From Candidatus Woesebacteria bacterium (lineage in GTDB: Bacteria; Patescibacteriota; Microgenomatia; UBA8517), in contig CP065002.1 of NCBI GenBank assembly GCA_016700095.1, positions 28,074-92,073 of the forward strand: a stretch of DNA of 64,000 bases. The letters are read 5' to 3'. Position 1 is the stretch's first letter. Every line of letters begins with the position of its first letter. A program made the position numbers and the translations under genes. The notes under the pieces are model-generated. The model worked only from the letters and a program-made list of their open reading frames with translations, did no database searches and had not been told where the DNA came from. Positions 17,033 through 27,071 of this stretch are shown piece by piece.

Positions 17033-18529
17033 ATGTTTAAAACATTTATTATTAACCATGAAAAAAAGGTGCAGAGATTTCTCGAGGTACTTCCCGGACT
17101 TGTTTCTTGGAATCTGATTCTTTTCCCCTACTGGGGTATATTTATAATTCCAAAAGTCGTTGCTTATTACATATTGGGTTATACCGTTTATTGGTTTTAC
17201 CAGTCTTTCCAAATCGCAACAACCGGAATTATTTCCCATCTCAGAATACAAGCGTCGATGCAAAACGACTGGATCAAGGATTTAAATGCAAGATTCAAAG
17301 ATTGGCAAAAAATAAAACATGTGATAATTATTCCAACTTACAAGGAACCGCTTTACATTCTCGAACGTACTATATCTTCGGTTGCCAACCAAACGCTACC
17401 CAAAAAGCAAATCGTTCTTATACTTGCCATGGAAAAAAAGGAGGACGAGAAGGAAAGAAACATAAAAATTGCCGCTTTAACTAAGAAATTTGAGGGTGTG
17501 TTTGACAATTTCATTGCAACGGTTCACGAATTAGTACCGGGTGAGATTATCGGAAAGTCGTCAAACGAAAAATACGCAGCAAAGTGGTTTAAGGCAAATT
17601 ACATAGATAAATACAAAAAAGATATTAAAAATTATACAGTCACCAGTTGCGACGCAGATCACACTTTTCACAAAAATCATTTCGCATCACTTACATATCT
17701 TTATCTTGCCAACAAAGACAGATATATGAGGTTTTGGCAACCGGCAGTCCTTTTTTACAACAATATTTGGGAACTACCGGCAATCACAAGAACTACAAAC
17801 ATCTTAGGATCAATATTTAATTTATCGCAATTACCCAGAAAAGATAGATTAATAAATGTATCTAACTACTCATTGTCGTATAAATTGTTGCACGAAGTTG
17901 ATTACTGGGACGCGGATAAAATACCTGAAGATTGGGGTATATTTTTCAAGTCGTATTTCAAAAAACAAGGTGGTGTCGAAGTTGAAGCCAATTACTTACC
18001 GGTTTATGCAGACGCCGCACAGTCTTCAACAACCTGGAAAACTATAAAAAATCAATACGAACAAAAGAAACGCTGGGCATGGGGGGTATCAGATGATCCG
18101 TGGATAATTAAGGCTTATTTTCTTACTCCAAATGTTCCTTTCTGGGAAAAAACAATGCGTGTTTGGTATGTAATTCAGTCACATTTTTTTTGGCCGGTTC
18201 ATTGGTTTGCAATTACGATTGGACTTCAAATACCAGTACTTTTAAATGCCCGTTTCGGAAGAACAACTCTTGCTCATACCGTTCCGGAAATATCATCGGT
18301 TATTCTGACCGCAGCTCTGGGTTTTCTGTTTATAATGCTTATCTTAGATAGAATATATCGTCCAGAAAGACCATCACGTTACCCTGTTTGGCGAGCCATT
18401 GTTCAACCATTGGAGTTTTTCTTAATGCCGGTTGTGGGGTTTTTCTTTTCTGCACTACCCGGCTTGGATGCACATACGCGACTTATGTTGGGGAAATACA
18501 TTGAATACAAAGTTACGGAAAAAGTATAA
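17033..18529 (+). CDS. Processive family-2 glycosyltransferase (cellulose/chitin/hyaluronan-synthase-like), membrane-integrated
   Basis: It has VIIIPTYKEP, the D,D,D motifs (TSCDADH) and the Q-x-x-R-W motif (QKKRWAWG), with N- and C-terminal TM helices. Confidence 0.7.
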   Translation: MFKTFIINHEKKVQRFLEVLPGLVSWNLILFPYWGIFIIPKVVAYYILGYTVYWFYQSFQIATTGIISHLRIQASMQNDWIKDLNARFKDWQKIKHVIIIPTYKEPLYILERTISSVANQTLPKKQIVLILAMEKKEDEKERNIKIAALTKKFEGVFDNFIATVHELVPGEIIGKSSNEKYAAKWFKANYIDKYKKDIKNYTVTSCDADHTFHKNHFASLTYLYLANKDRYMRFWQPAVLFYNNIWELPAITRTTNILGSIFNLSQLPRKDRLINVSNYSLSYKLLHEVDYWDADKIPEDWGIFFKSYFKKQGGVEVEANYLPVYADAAQSSTTWKTIKNQYEQKKRWAWGVSDDPWIIKAYFLTPNVPFWEKTMRVWYVIQSHFFWPVHWFAITIGLQIPVLLNARFGRTTLAHTVPEISSVILTAALGFLFIMLILDRIYRPERPSRYPVWRAIVQPLEFFLMPVVGFFFSALPGLDAHTRLMLGKYIEYKVTEKV

Positions 18530-18694
18530 CCGGCTCCTTTCTATATAATCAGATATTGGTTTATTCTATATAAATATCACCACATAGTCGCACGTGTTGT
18601 AAATTCAAATATACATACCGAGGACGTGGTAATAAAACTCAAACATCACATACTTTGTCCCCTTTCATTTTGGACAACAAAGATATGTTAAACT

Positions 18695-20092
18695 TTGGTT
18701 ATGCCTGCAGACTTCCTTTCCAATAGCCAATTTACGTCTAGTTTAAATAATCCGGAAGCATTTAGTGCACTAGTTTCATTGCAACGACTCCCCGATGTTG
18801 TCAGGGTGACAATGAAGGATTTATTTCCTCCCCTATGGAATATCATCGAGTGGATTCTTTTTACCACTTTGGGGAAAGATGAGATATATATAAGAAGCAT
18901 ATCTTTTGCTTTTTTTGTTTTAACGACAGTTTTTACATATAAAATCGGCAAGCTTATGTATTCCGGCAAGACAGGACTGTTTGCCGTGTTGCTTGTTTTT
19001 TCTAATCCAATGATGTTCATTTTTGCTTTTGAAGGCAGAATGTTTTCTCTGCTTTCTTTTTTGACCACTGCATCACTATATTTTTATTTTAAGCTCATGA
19101 AACCGCTGGAAGAAAGAAAATTCGCGTTCCCGGGATATATTCTTACTACAATCTGTGCCTTGTACACCCACCATTCCGCCATATTTTTGTTATTTATCGA
19201 GATACCATGGCTGATCGTTATATTTTTTCAAGGTAAAAAAAATGCCGTCAAACGGTTGCTAAAAGCATATATCGTTGTTATCTTGTTGTACTTGCCGTGG
19301 TCATACTTGATGTATATTCATTTGCATAAAGGCAAAGACTTACTACTTTCCACAAGTGTTGAAGATATAAAATTATTAATCGACAGCTATCTTATTCCCG
19401 AAATAACAACCAATCCCGCTAGTATTGCAGTAGTAAATTATCCAATATACAAAATTGCATTAGTGTTTGTAGTTTTTATCTTAATAGCAAGGTGTTGGCA
19501 CAAATCGATCAAAAATACCGTATTTTTGATGTTGTGTTTTTTGGGTCCTATATTACTGTCGTGGTTAATAGCTCGGAATATCTCGATTACGGAAAGAAAT
19601 ATGGTTATCTACACAATTCCATATGCAATGTTGATCTTGGCATCAAAGCGAAGAAAGTACACAAGTATATTAATTGTAACACTGGTAGGCTTGTGGTTGG
19701 TTATGGATTTTTATTATTTCAAACACCCTCATAAAGCACCATTCAGAGAAATTACTCCTTTTGTCACGTCGGCAAAAGACAATGGAGATTTTGTCGTAAG
19801 CTGGTTTTCTGACTCAAACCGTCTATGGGAAACAAAATATTATAAACTCAATGCTCCAATATACTTACCCGGCACAACCAATGCACCAAATCTCTATACA
19901 ACTTCCCTCGTCGATGTAAGTGACACGGTAAAAGCAATACCCCAAAATACAAAAACCGTTGGGGTGTTGACTGATTTACCGCCAGAAGAAATTGTTTTAG
20001 AAAATTATGTCTTGCAAGAATATAAAGATATTAACGGATTGAAGTTTATATGGTATCGTTTAAATACAACAAGATTAAATGAAGACGATTAA
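18695..20092 (+). CDS. GT-C fold membrane glycosyltransferase (ArnT/PMT/GT83-like); start possibly internal
   Basis: A multi-TM protein. Translational overlap with the next GT-C gene (20079) indicates an operon. Confidence 0.5.
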   Translation: MVMPADFLSNSQFTSSLNNPEAFSALVSLQRLPDVVRVTMKDLFPPLWNIIEWILFTTLGKDEIYIRSISFAFFVLTTVFTYKIGKLMYSGKTGLFAVLLVFSNPMMFIFAFEGRMFSLLSFLTTASLYFYFKLMKPLEERKFAFPGYILTTICALYTHHSAIFLLFIEIPWLIVIFFQGKKNAVKRLLKAYIVVILLYLPWSYLMYIHLHKGKDLLLSTSVEDIKLLIDSYLIPEITTNPASIAVVNYPIYKIALVFVVFILIARCWHKSIKNTVFLMLCFLGPILLSWLIARNISITERNMVIYTIPYAMLILASKRRKYTSILIVTLVGLWLVMDFYYFKHPHKAPFREITPFVTSAKDNGDFVVSWFSDSNRLWETKYYKLNAPIYLPGTTNAPNLYTTSLVDVSDTVKAIPQNTKTVGVLTDLPPEEIVLENYVLQEYKDINGLKFIWYRLNTTRLNEDD

Positions 20093-21584
20093 TACTATTA
20101 AAAAACTTCACATTCCAATCTGGCTTTTTTGTCTGCTTGTCGGTGTATTGGTTTTAAGAATACCTTCATTGTTTGAGCCATACTACTACGGAGACGAAAT
20201 GATATATCTGGCACTAGGGAACGCCATAAAAAAAGGAATGGTGCTTTATAAAAGTATTCACGACAACAAACCACCACTCCTCTATCTCACGGCAGCAATT
20301 GCAGGTAATTTATTCTGGTTCCGAGCGATACTGGCTATTTGGCACTTGATGACAGTTTTTGTATTCTGGAAACTAGTTCGAGTTCTTTACCCCAAAAAAA
20401 TCAATCTGCAAAAAGTGTCAACCTGTGTGTTTGCACTACTGACAACGCTTCCTTTACTTGAAGGAAATATTGCCAATTCAGAAATGTTCATGATTGGCCC
20501 AACAATGGTCGGTTTTCTTATTCTTCTAAGGAAAAATCAAATTAGCGGAGCTCCTCTGGTCGCAGGACTTGCTTTTTCGATTGGTGCCCTTTTCAAAATC
20601 CCTGCCGCTTTTGATATGCCAGCAATAGTTCTTTTTTGGATAATCACGCAAAACTTTTCTTCGAAGGACATACTTATCACTATTAAAAAAACTGTTTTGC
20701 TTGCAGTGGGATTTGCCGTACCAATTCTTGTAACTTTTGTGTATTACTATTTCCGAGGTGCGTTGTCCGAATACTTCATCGCTGCTTTTGGTCAAAACTT
20801 CGGCTATCTCTCGTCGTTTAGGCCGGATGACACCAGAGAGCCATTTCTAACACGCAACGGACCGTTAATTTTTCGCGGACTTACGCTTCTTTCTGGTCTG
20901 GGTGTTTTGTTTTTGGCAAGAAAAAAGCTTAGTAAACAATTCATTTTCTTAACAACATGGTTACTTCTAACGATGTTTGCCGTCACTTTATCTGAACGAC
21001 CATATCCTCACTATTTAATTCAATCCATCCCCGTTGTGTCAATTATGATCGGAATACTATTTACTAATAAAAAAATCGAACAAACCCTGGTTATTATTCC
21101 TCTTTTAGTCTTTTTTGCAATACCGGTATATTACAAGTTTTGGTATTATCCTTCTGCTCCTTACTATGTAAGATATCTTGATTTTGTCTCCGGGAAAATT
21201 ACTTTAGACCAATATAGATCTGCTTTTGGAAATAATGTTAATGTTGATTATAAAGTTGCCAGGTTTGTGATAGATAACACGACAAAAGACGATAAAATTT
21301 TTGTGTGGGGTGATAATGCGGCTATTTATGCAATCACAAATAGATTCCCCCCCTTTAAATACGTTGTTGACTATCATATAAATGACTTTTCGACACAAGA
21401 AGATACTATTCAAGCTTTAAATGCTGACCTTCCTAAATTTATTGTGATCTTACCCAATTCCCAAGAGTTTCCCGATTTGGTCGGGTTAATCAAATCTAAA
21501 TACGGCACAGAAACATTAATCGATGGAGCGCAAATTTGGAGATTGCTAAACACCCCACTGCGCGAAAATTATATCATTGACTAG
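20079..21584 (+). CDS. GT-C fold membrane glycosyltransferase (ArnT/PMT-like)
   Basis: The N-terminal YYGDEMIYLALGNAIKKGMVLYKSIHDNKPPLLYL matches the DE/acidic first-loop motif of ArnT/PMT-type transferases. It has ~11 TM helices and a C-terminal soluble domain. Confidence 0.55.
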   Translation: MKTINTIKKLHIPIWLFCLLVGVLVLRIPSLFEPYYYGDEMIYLALGNAIKKGMVLYKSIHDNKPPLLYLTAAIAGNLFWFRAILAIWHLMTVFVFWKLVRVLYPKKINLQKVSTCVFALLTTLPLLEGNIANSEMFMIGPTMVGFLILLRKNQISGAPLVAGLAFSIGALFKIPAAFDMPAIVLFWIITQNFSSKDILITIKKTVLLAVGFAVPILVTFVYYYFRGALSEYFIAAFGQNFGYLSSFRPDDTREPFLTRNGPLIFRGLTLLSGLGVLFLARKKLSKQFIFLTTWLLLTMFAVTLSERPYPHYLIQSIPVVSIMIGILFTNKKIEQTLVIIPLLVFFAIPVYYKFWYYPSAPYYVRYLDFVSGKITLDQYRSAFGNNVNVDYKVARFVIDNTTKDDKIFVWGDNAAIYAITNRFPPFKYVVDYHINDFSTQEDTIQALNADLPKFIVILPNSQEFPDLVGLIKSKYGTETLIDGAQIWRLLNTPLRENYIID

Positions 21585-21725
21585 AATCACCGGAAATTCC
21601 CAACACTATCTAGAAGTTAATAATAATACATATATCCTTTTGCCCCGGTTAGTTGTCGTAGATTATCTTGGATTTTAAGCCGCCAACAGAGTAAAATCAT
21701 TCAAAGAAAGGTAATTTACCAACCA

Positions 21726-22148
21726 ATGAGAGTCAAGAGAAAAGTAAAAATACACAACAATATTCCCCTAACACTTAACAACACCTTTGCGGGAACAAAC
21801 AGACTTCACAAACAAATTGAAAAGAACTTGATATATCCAAAAATACTGTTTGTATCCCTTCTCCTTATTGCTCTTTCAATACTGTCGACATTTTTACTCA
21901 CACAATATCTTCCACCCGAAATACCACTCTTTTTTGGTCTGCCGGAAAGCGAAGATCAGATCGCTTCATCTTCCGCACTCATTGTCCCAAGTCTGTTTTC
22001 TCTGGCCATACTTGTCTTGAATTCGACAATTGCTTATTTTTCTAACGATAAATTTATCAAGATGGTATTAATATTTTCTAGTCTTGCAATTTCATTGTTA
22101 TCAACCATCGCAACCCTGAAAATCACACTACTTATCGGAAGTTTTTAA
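21726..22148 (+). CDS. Small hypothetical membrane protein
   Basis: Three or four hydrophobic helices; stop 4 nt before the next gene. Confidence 0.35.
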   Translation: MRVKRKVKIHNNIPLTLNNTFAGTNRLHKQIEKNLIYPKILFVSLLLIALSILSTFLLTQYLPPEIPLFFGLPESEDQIASSSALIVPSLFSLAILVLNSTIAYFSNDKFIKMVLIFSSLAISLLSTIATLKITLLIGSF

Positions 22149-22152
22149 TTAG

Positions 22153-23229
22153 ATGACACTTATATCGTTAATCATTCTACCGCTCATTGTTTCTTTCATG
22201 ACATCTTATTTATCTACACCGTGGGTGATCAAATTTGCCACAAGGTTTAATCTGATTGACGATCCAAAAGTTAACAAACATCCCAAGGTATTACACAAAA
22301 GGCCAATTCCCAGAGCAGGAGGACTCGCAACATTTATAGGTGTATTAGCCGGAATCGTGTTTTTCCTACCCTTAGACAAACATATCGTCGCTATCGCTAT
22401 TGGTGCGCTCATTATTGTTGTTCTTGGAATACTGGATGATAAATATAACATACATCCACTATTGCGCTTAATTGCAATGACTCTTGCAGCACTTATTCCA
22501 ATTGCATCGGGAATTGGAATCGCTTTTGCAACGTCACCTCTGGGTGGTCTTATCGATCTGTCGTATCCCAGATTTGAATTTTTTCTTATGGGGGAAGAAA
22601 GAAGCATATGGATCCTCTCTGACATTTTTGCTTTGTTTTGGATTGTCTTCATGATGAACATTCTAAACATGGGCGCAAAGGGCATACAAGGTCAACTACC
22701 CGGTGTAACCGCTATTGCCGCAACGACCATTGTCTTGCTTTCGACTAAATTTACCGCGGATATTACCGAATGGCCCGTAATGATACTTGCAGTGATAACA
22801 ACGGGTGCATACTTAGGATTTCTACCATGGAATTTTTTTCCCCAAAAAATAATGCCCGGTTTCGCGGGCTCGACTCTGGCGGGCTACTTACTTGCTGTAC
22901 TATCTATTCTTTCAACTGCCAAGGTGGGTACACTTTTAATTGTCCTGGGAATACCGATTGTAGATACCCTCTATACGATTTTTAGGCGTATCGCATCAGG
23001 AAAGTCACCGTTTTGGGGCGATAGAGGTCATCTCCATCACAAATTACTCGATTCAGGTTTATCTCAAAAACAGGTTGTATATTTTTACTGGGCAACAACA
23101 TGTCTCTTGGGCGCATTGGCATTAAATTTGAACGCTTCACATAAGTTGTATACAATAATAGGTATAACAATATTTACCGGCGGTCTCCTGCTCTTTCTCA
23201 CCCATAAGCCGAAAAATGTTAATAACTAG
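22153..23229 (+). CDS. Polyprenyl-phosphate N-acetylhexosamine-1-phosphate transferase (MraY/WecA family)
   Basis: It carries LIDDPKVNKHPKVLHKRPIPRAGGLATF (the WecA/MraY cytoplasmic loop motif), ILDDKYN (the DDxxD-like Mg site) and a PIVDTLYTIFRR C-terminal motif, with 10-11 TM helices. Confidence 0.7.
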   Translation: MTLISLIILPLIVSFMTSYLSTPWVIKFATRFNLIDDPKVNKHPKVLHKRPIPRAGGLATFIGVLAGIVFFLPLDKHIVAIAIGALIIVVLGILDDKYNIHPLLRLIAMTLAALIPIASGIGIAFATSPLGGLIDLSYPRFEFFLMGEERSIWILSDIFALFWIVFMMNILNMGAKGIQGQLPGVTAIAATTIVLLSTKFTADITEWPVMILAVITTGAYLGFLPWNFFPQKIMPGFAGSTLAGYLLAVLSILSTAKVGTLLIVLGIPIVDTLYTIFRRIASGKSPFWGDRGHLHHKLLDSGLSQKQVVYFYWATTCLLGALALNLNASHKLYTIIGITIFTGGLLLFLTHKPKNVNN

Positions 23230-23352
23230 CTGTAGTGTTGGGTGATAAGTTGAGTCAATTTGTCAACATTAATATAAACGTCTCTGTTGGTAAACAGAAA
23301 AAACGGATAATATGAATAGGTATTAAATACATGCAAGGTCGCACTTACTAAC

Positions 23353-24315
23353 ATGAAATCTAAAAATCTATCATTAATTAAACTAATTATCGGTAGCATA
23401 AAGGTTGCAAGACCCCTACACTGGATTAAAAACTTCTCTTTGTTCGCAGCGCTAATTTTCTCAGGAGGACTATTTAATCCGGTTTTGTTTGCAACCGCAT
23501 TTTGGGGTTTCGTTTCGTTTAATTTTGCGGCAAGTGCAACGTACATTTTTAACGATTTTCGCGACATAAAACACGACAAACTTCACCCAATTAAAAAAAA
23601 TAGGCCACTTGCTGCGGGTACAATTCCGGTGAATATTGCACTTCTGGAAATGTTGTTCTTTGTTCTCCTATCCATCAATGTTGCTGTCAATTTTGTAAAT
23701 CCACTCTTTACAACTGCTGTAATTTCATATTTTCTCCTGCAATTTTTTTACAGCTTAATCCTCAAAAATTGGCCTACGATTGACATACTGGTAATTGCGC
23801 TTGGTTTCATCATCAGAGTCTACGCTGGGGCGATTGCCGTCGATGCTCATCTGTCTGTATGGTTTTTGTTGTGTGTAATTTCCGTAGCACTATTTTTAGC
23901 CTCCGGAAAAAGAAGATCTGAATTAAACATATTAAATACAACCAAAATAGTAACCAGGAATAGCCTGTCTAAATACAAACGTGAATTATTGAATTCTTAC
24001 GTTACGATGTTTGGGAACGCAGCCTGGATGTCTTGGGCACTTTTTACATTTTTTGAATCTCCCGAAGCGCCTATGCCTGTGTGGTTGTTTTTAGCAGAGA
24101 TATCAAGAACAACAACAATAAGCAAACTCATGATGATTACAATTCCCGTTGTAATCTTTGCAATTATGAGATATCAAAGTCTTATTTTTGCCGGTAAATC
24201 GGAGGCTCCGGAATTAGTATTACTGAAAGACAAACCGCTCGTTTTGTCTATCGTCATCTGGATTTCACTAGTTGTTTGGGTCATTTACTATTCTTCCACT
24301 GCACTAATCACCTAA
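23353..24315 (+). CDS. UbiA-family prenyltransferase, decaprenyl-phosphate phosphoribosyltransferase (DPPR synthase)-like
   Basis: NDFRDIKHDKLHPIKKNRPLAAG matches the NDxxDxxxD...HP.K..RP.A.G signature of the DPPR-synthase subgroup of UbiA enzymes, with ~8 TM helices. Confidence 0.6.
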   Translation: MKSKNLSLIKLIIGSIKVARPLHWIKNFSLFAALIFSGGLFNPVLFATAFWGFVSFNFAASATYIFNDFRDIKHDKLHPIKKNRPLAAGTIPVNIALLEMLFFVLLSINVAVNFVNPLFTTAVISYFLLQFFYSLILKNWPTIDILVIALGFIIRVYAGAIAVDAHLSVWFLLCVISVALFLASGKRRSELNILNTTKIVTRNSLSKYKRELLNSYVTMFGNAAWMSWALFTFFESPEAPMPVWLFLAEISRTTTISKLMMITIPVVIFAIMRYQSLIFAGKSEAPELVLLKDKPLVLSIVIWISLVVWVIYYSSTALIT

Positions 24316-25193
24316 TTTGCACTTGTTGGCTGCGGAGTTAAATTCGCCTCATCTTCTTTGGAATCACTGTCAAGAATTTTTGTATAAGTTGTTGATACCC
24401 ACCCATCTTTACCTTCTTCATAACTAATTTTATGCCATTCACCGTCTTCACTTTCCTCAAGTAATACATATGTCTCCCCCGGAATTACCTTTCCTATTTC
24501 TTCACTGCCACTTGAGGCATCACTTCTTACTCGCAAAAAGTTTGTGGGGGTGGAAAGAATTTCAATCTCGGTTTGCGTTTTTATTTCCAGTTCATCTTTG
24601 TCTTCCTCTATCACAATTTGGTCAGATTTTGCCAGCTTAACAATAACTGTAAGCATGTAGCCTTCATATGTTTTGATTTTAATTGACCGATCACTAAAAC
24701 CGGGTGCCGTCAAACTTAAGGTATATTCTCCCTGAGACACATCCGTCGTTTTAAAAGGTGCAAATCCTCTTATCACACCGTCAATTTTAACCTGCGCGCC
24801 GTCGGGTTGAGACAAGACAGCCAGGCTGGTCTCGGTTTTTCCCACGCGTTCAAACGATACAATCTCACCCGAAGAAGTATCCTCTAAATCTTTGAATTCC
24901 CGTGTAATTACGGTTTCCACACCCGAAGTTAGATTAACCATCGTTTCATATGGAGTCAGTGGTAATTCAAAAGAGTCGGGGACAAGCTTAATTACTTTCT
25001 CGCCGGGCTCATAAATGGCATTATATGGAGTCCTTCCAACCTGTTTTCCATCTATATAAACAGAGGCAAGTGGAGTTGTTTGTATAAGAAGTCCCGCTCC
25101 CTTAGGCTTGAAAAAACCAACCAAAAAAAGTACGATCACCAAAAGAGCTAGTAACGCAAGTATTGGAACAAGTAGTTTTTTTGTTTTATTCAC
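24312..25193 (-). CDS. PEGA-domain surface protein with C-terminal SH3-like domain
   Basis: A signal/TM anchor is followed by two PEGA-type repeats (VYIDGKQVGRTP; VKIDGVIRGFAP) and a C-terminal GETYVLLEESEDGEWHKISYEEGKDGWVS (SH3b-like). Confidence 0.6.
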   Translation of the reverse strand: MNKTKKLLVPILALLALLVIVLFLVGFFKPKGAGLLIQTTPLASVYIDGKQVGRTPYNAIYEPGEKVIKLVPDSFELPLTPYETMVNLTSGVETVITREFKDLEDTSSGEIVSFERVGKTETSLAVLSQPDGAQVKIDGVIRGFAPFKTTDVSQGEYTLSLTAPGFSDRSIKIKTYEGYMLTVIVKLAKSDQIVIEEDKDELEIKTQTEIEILSTPTNFLRVRSDASSGSEEIGKVIPGETYVLLEESEDGEWHKISYEEGKDGWVSTTYTKILDSDSKEDEANLTPQPTSAN

Positions 25194-25282
25194 AATCTTT
25201 ATTTACAAACACTTTTATCTAACAACGTAGAGAAGTTTAGCACGTTCAAAGTTAGGCATCAAGGATTCAATATTCTTCGGGG

Positions 25283-25311
25283 TTGACATGAAAAATAATC
25301 TTATTTATACT
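25283..25311 (+). promoter_or_regulatory. Consensus sigma70-type promoter of hsp20 (TTGACA-N17-TATACT)
   Basis: TTGACA lies at 25283-25288, a 17-nt spacer follows, and TATACT lies at 25306-25311. Confidence 0.6.
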
Positions 25312-25314
25312 AGA

Positions 25315-25341
25315 TTGGCACTCTTTTCAATTGAGTGCCAA
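25315..25341 (+). promoter_or_regulatory. CIRCE-like inverted repeat (HrcA-operator-like) TTGGCACTC-N9-GAGTGCCAA
   Basis: A perfect 9-bp inverted repeat with a 9-nt spacer matches the CIRCE consensus TTAGCACTC-N9-GAGTGCTAA at 16 of 18 positions. It begins 4 nt after the -10 element and precedes the RBS AAGGAGGTGA (25347-25356). Confidence 0.55.
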
Positions 25342-25364
25342 TTATAAGTAAGGAGGTGATTCTT

Positions 25365-25763
25365 TTGACGAACTTAGTATACAAAGATCCTTTTAGAGGA
25401 TTATTCAGTCTACCTAGTCTTTCCGAAGATGTTGAGGATTATTCTGCGCTTCAAAGAGGGCTAAGGGTTAAAGAAACAAAAGGAAATCTGTTGATTGAAG
25501 CTGTTGTGGCTGGTGTACCAGACAACAACGTTGAGGTTTCCATCGAGGATGGAATTCTTACTATCAAAGCTCAATCTCAAGAAGTTAAAGATGAAGATGA
25601 ATATAAATCATCCAGCTATCAATACTATTACACCGTTGCACTTTCGGGTGGACAATGGGACAAGGCCGATGCCGAGGTCGAGCATGGCATAGTTAAAATA
25701 AGCATTCCGAAAGAGGAATCGCAAAAGGCAAGAAAGATAGCTGTCAGATCAAAAAAGAAGTAA
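25365..25763 (+). CDS. Small heat-shock protein, Hsp20/alpha-crystallin family
   Basis: The alpha-crystallin domain is present (LLIEAVVAGVPDNNVEVSIEDGILTIKAQ ... GIVKISIPK). The start was set at TTG 25365, 9 nt downstream of the RBS. The ORF-track ATG at 25335 overlaps the RBS. Confidence 0.75.
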   Translation: MTNLVYKDPFRGLFSLPSLSEDVEDYSALQRGLRVKETKGNLLIEAVVAGVPDNNVEVSIEDGILTIKAQSQEVKDEDEYKSSSYQYYYTVALSGGQWDKADAEVEHGIVKISIPKEESQKARKIAVRSKKK

Positions 25764-25787
25764 CGGTTATTACGTGGTCGGGTGACA

Positions 25788-27071
25788 CTACTCGGGAATT
25801 TCTCGGTGTAGTGTCACAATCGACCGCTCTGAAACAATATCTTCCAACACTTCAGATAATATCGACGGTAACTGGTCAGCTTGTGAGGCATTGAAATAGT
25901 TGGTTGAATAATTTCTAAATATATTAATCACATCTTTGGGTGGATTGTTGAAAATTGTTACAGAGTAAGCGTCTGTTTCTGGTTTCCTCTGTCCGTATAT
26001 TCCTAGTCCGGGTATGTACGTTTCTTTGTCAGCAAGTGCACATTTCAGATAATCCTTCCCCAACGGCTCACAAATACTGTAAGCGACTGCATTGAAATTT
26101 GTAGCGTCCCACGGTCCATCCTTGTACTGCTCGTACAGATAACACTGCCAACCATACTCATTAGTATCACAGTAGTTATTATTTATCGTATCAATAGGAA
26201 AAGCTGGACAAAACACACTAAGAGGACACCCGGAACTGGGCACTCTAGAGTTGGGTATGCCATCAGTAATTACAATTTCAATCTGTTTTGTTCCCGTATT
26301 GTCGTCGGCGAAATATTTATGCGACATGTCATATGCGGATCCGACACTGGTTGAGTCCATAACCGACTGACACGCAGGACTTTCTTGTCTTGTTGATCCG
26401 AACCCGTCGTTTAAGGCGCTAATGATTTCATCAAAGGTGTATCCGGCATCCGGCGAAACATCACCCCTACTCGATACCAGCCACTTGGCATCTATCCCAA
26501 AAACATTTATCCCTATGTTAAATTTGTTGGAATTTTCCAAATCTTTTATGTTGTTAACAAAATTTATAGCCGCTTCTTTTTGTGCATCAAATCTCGTCGG
26601 ACGGGTAAAGCAGTTTGGGCAACTTGCGCCGGCATCCATGCTACCGGTACAGTCAAGCGATAATATGATGTCTATCTTTTCAACATTGCCCAATGAATAT
26701 ATTGTTCGTTCGGCTCTTACCTTACTTGCCGAATAGCCCAATTCCGAAGTAACTAAAAAAGTTTGTACATTTTCAAGTTGATTCCCCGATGCAACAATTC
26801 TTGATGATCCTATTTCAAAACTTTCGTTAAAAGGCATATCATCTTTATCTAGATAGCCTCCGATAAACCTTGCCAAGTAATCATTTGCGATACTCTCGGC
26901 TTGATAGGTTGAAACAAGACTGTCCGAAGCAGATTTGGTTCTTCTAAGTGCCAACAACAATCTTGATTGTGCAACCGCAAGTAGAAGTGCTGCGATAATG
27001 GCAATGATTAATACATACAAGAGTATGACTGCACCGGATTGATTTATATTTTTACGACTTATCGATTTCAT
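25788..27071 (-). CDS. von Willebrand factor A (vWA) domain protein with N-terminal membrane anchor (pilus tip/adhesin-associated)
   Basis: An N-terminal hydrophobic helix is followed by [13 protein letters not shown] (the MIDAS DxSxS motif). It is the last gene of the pilin operon, with a 4-nt overlap with the upstream pilin gene. Confidence 0.6.
   Translation of the reverse strand: MKSISRKNINQSGAVILLYVLIIAIIAALLLAVAQSRLLLALRRTKSASDSLVSTYQAESIANDYLARFIGGYLDKDDMPFNESFEIGSSRIVASGNQLENVQTFLVTSELGYSASKVRAERTIYSLGNVEKIDIILSLDCTGSMDAGASCPNCFTRPTRFDAQKEAAINFVNNIKDLENSNKFNIGINVFGIDAKWLVSSRGDVSPDAGYTFDEIISALNDGFGSTRQESPACQSVMDSTSVGSAYDMSHKYFADDNTGTKQIEIVITDGIPNSRVPSSGCPLSVFCPAFPIDTINNNYCDTNEYGWQCYLYEQYKDGPWDATNFNAVAYSICEPLGKDYLKCALADKETYIPGLGIYGQRKPETDAYSVTIFNNPPKDVINIFRNYSTNYFNASQADQLPSILSEVLEDIVSERSIVTLHREIPE

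Noticed and set aside
16898-17484. ORFs 16898-17263 (-) and 17107-17484 (+)
   Set aside because: They overlap the metG 3' end and the GT2 gene in other frames or strands. The main frames carry the conserved motifs.
22206-22685. 159-aa minus-strand ORF inside the MraY/WecA gene
   Set aside because: It is entirely nested antisense to a well-supported CDS with conserved motifs, and has no protein-like features.
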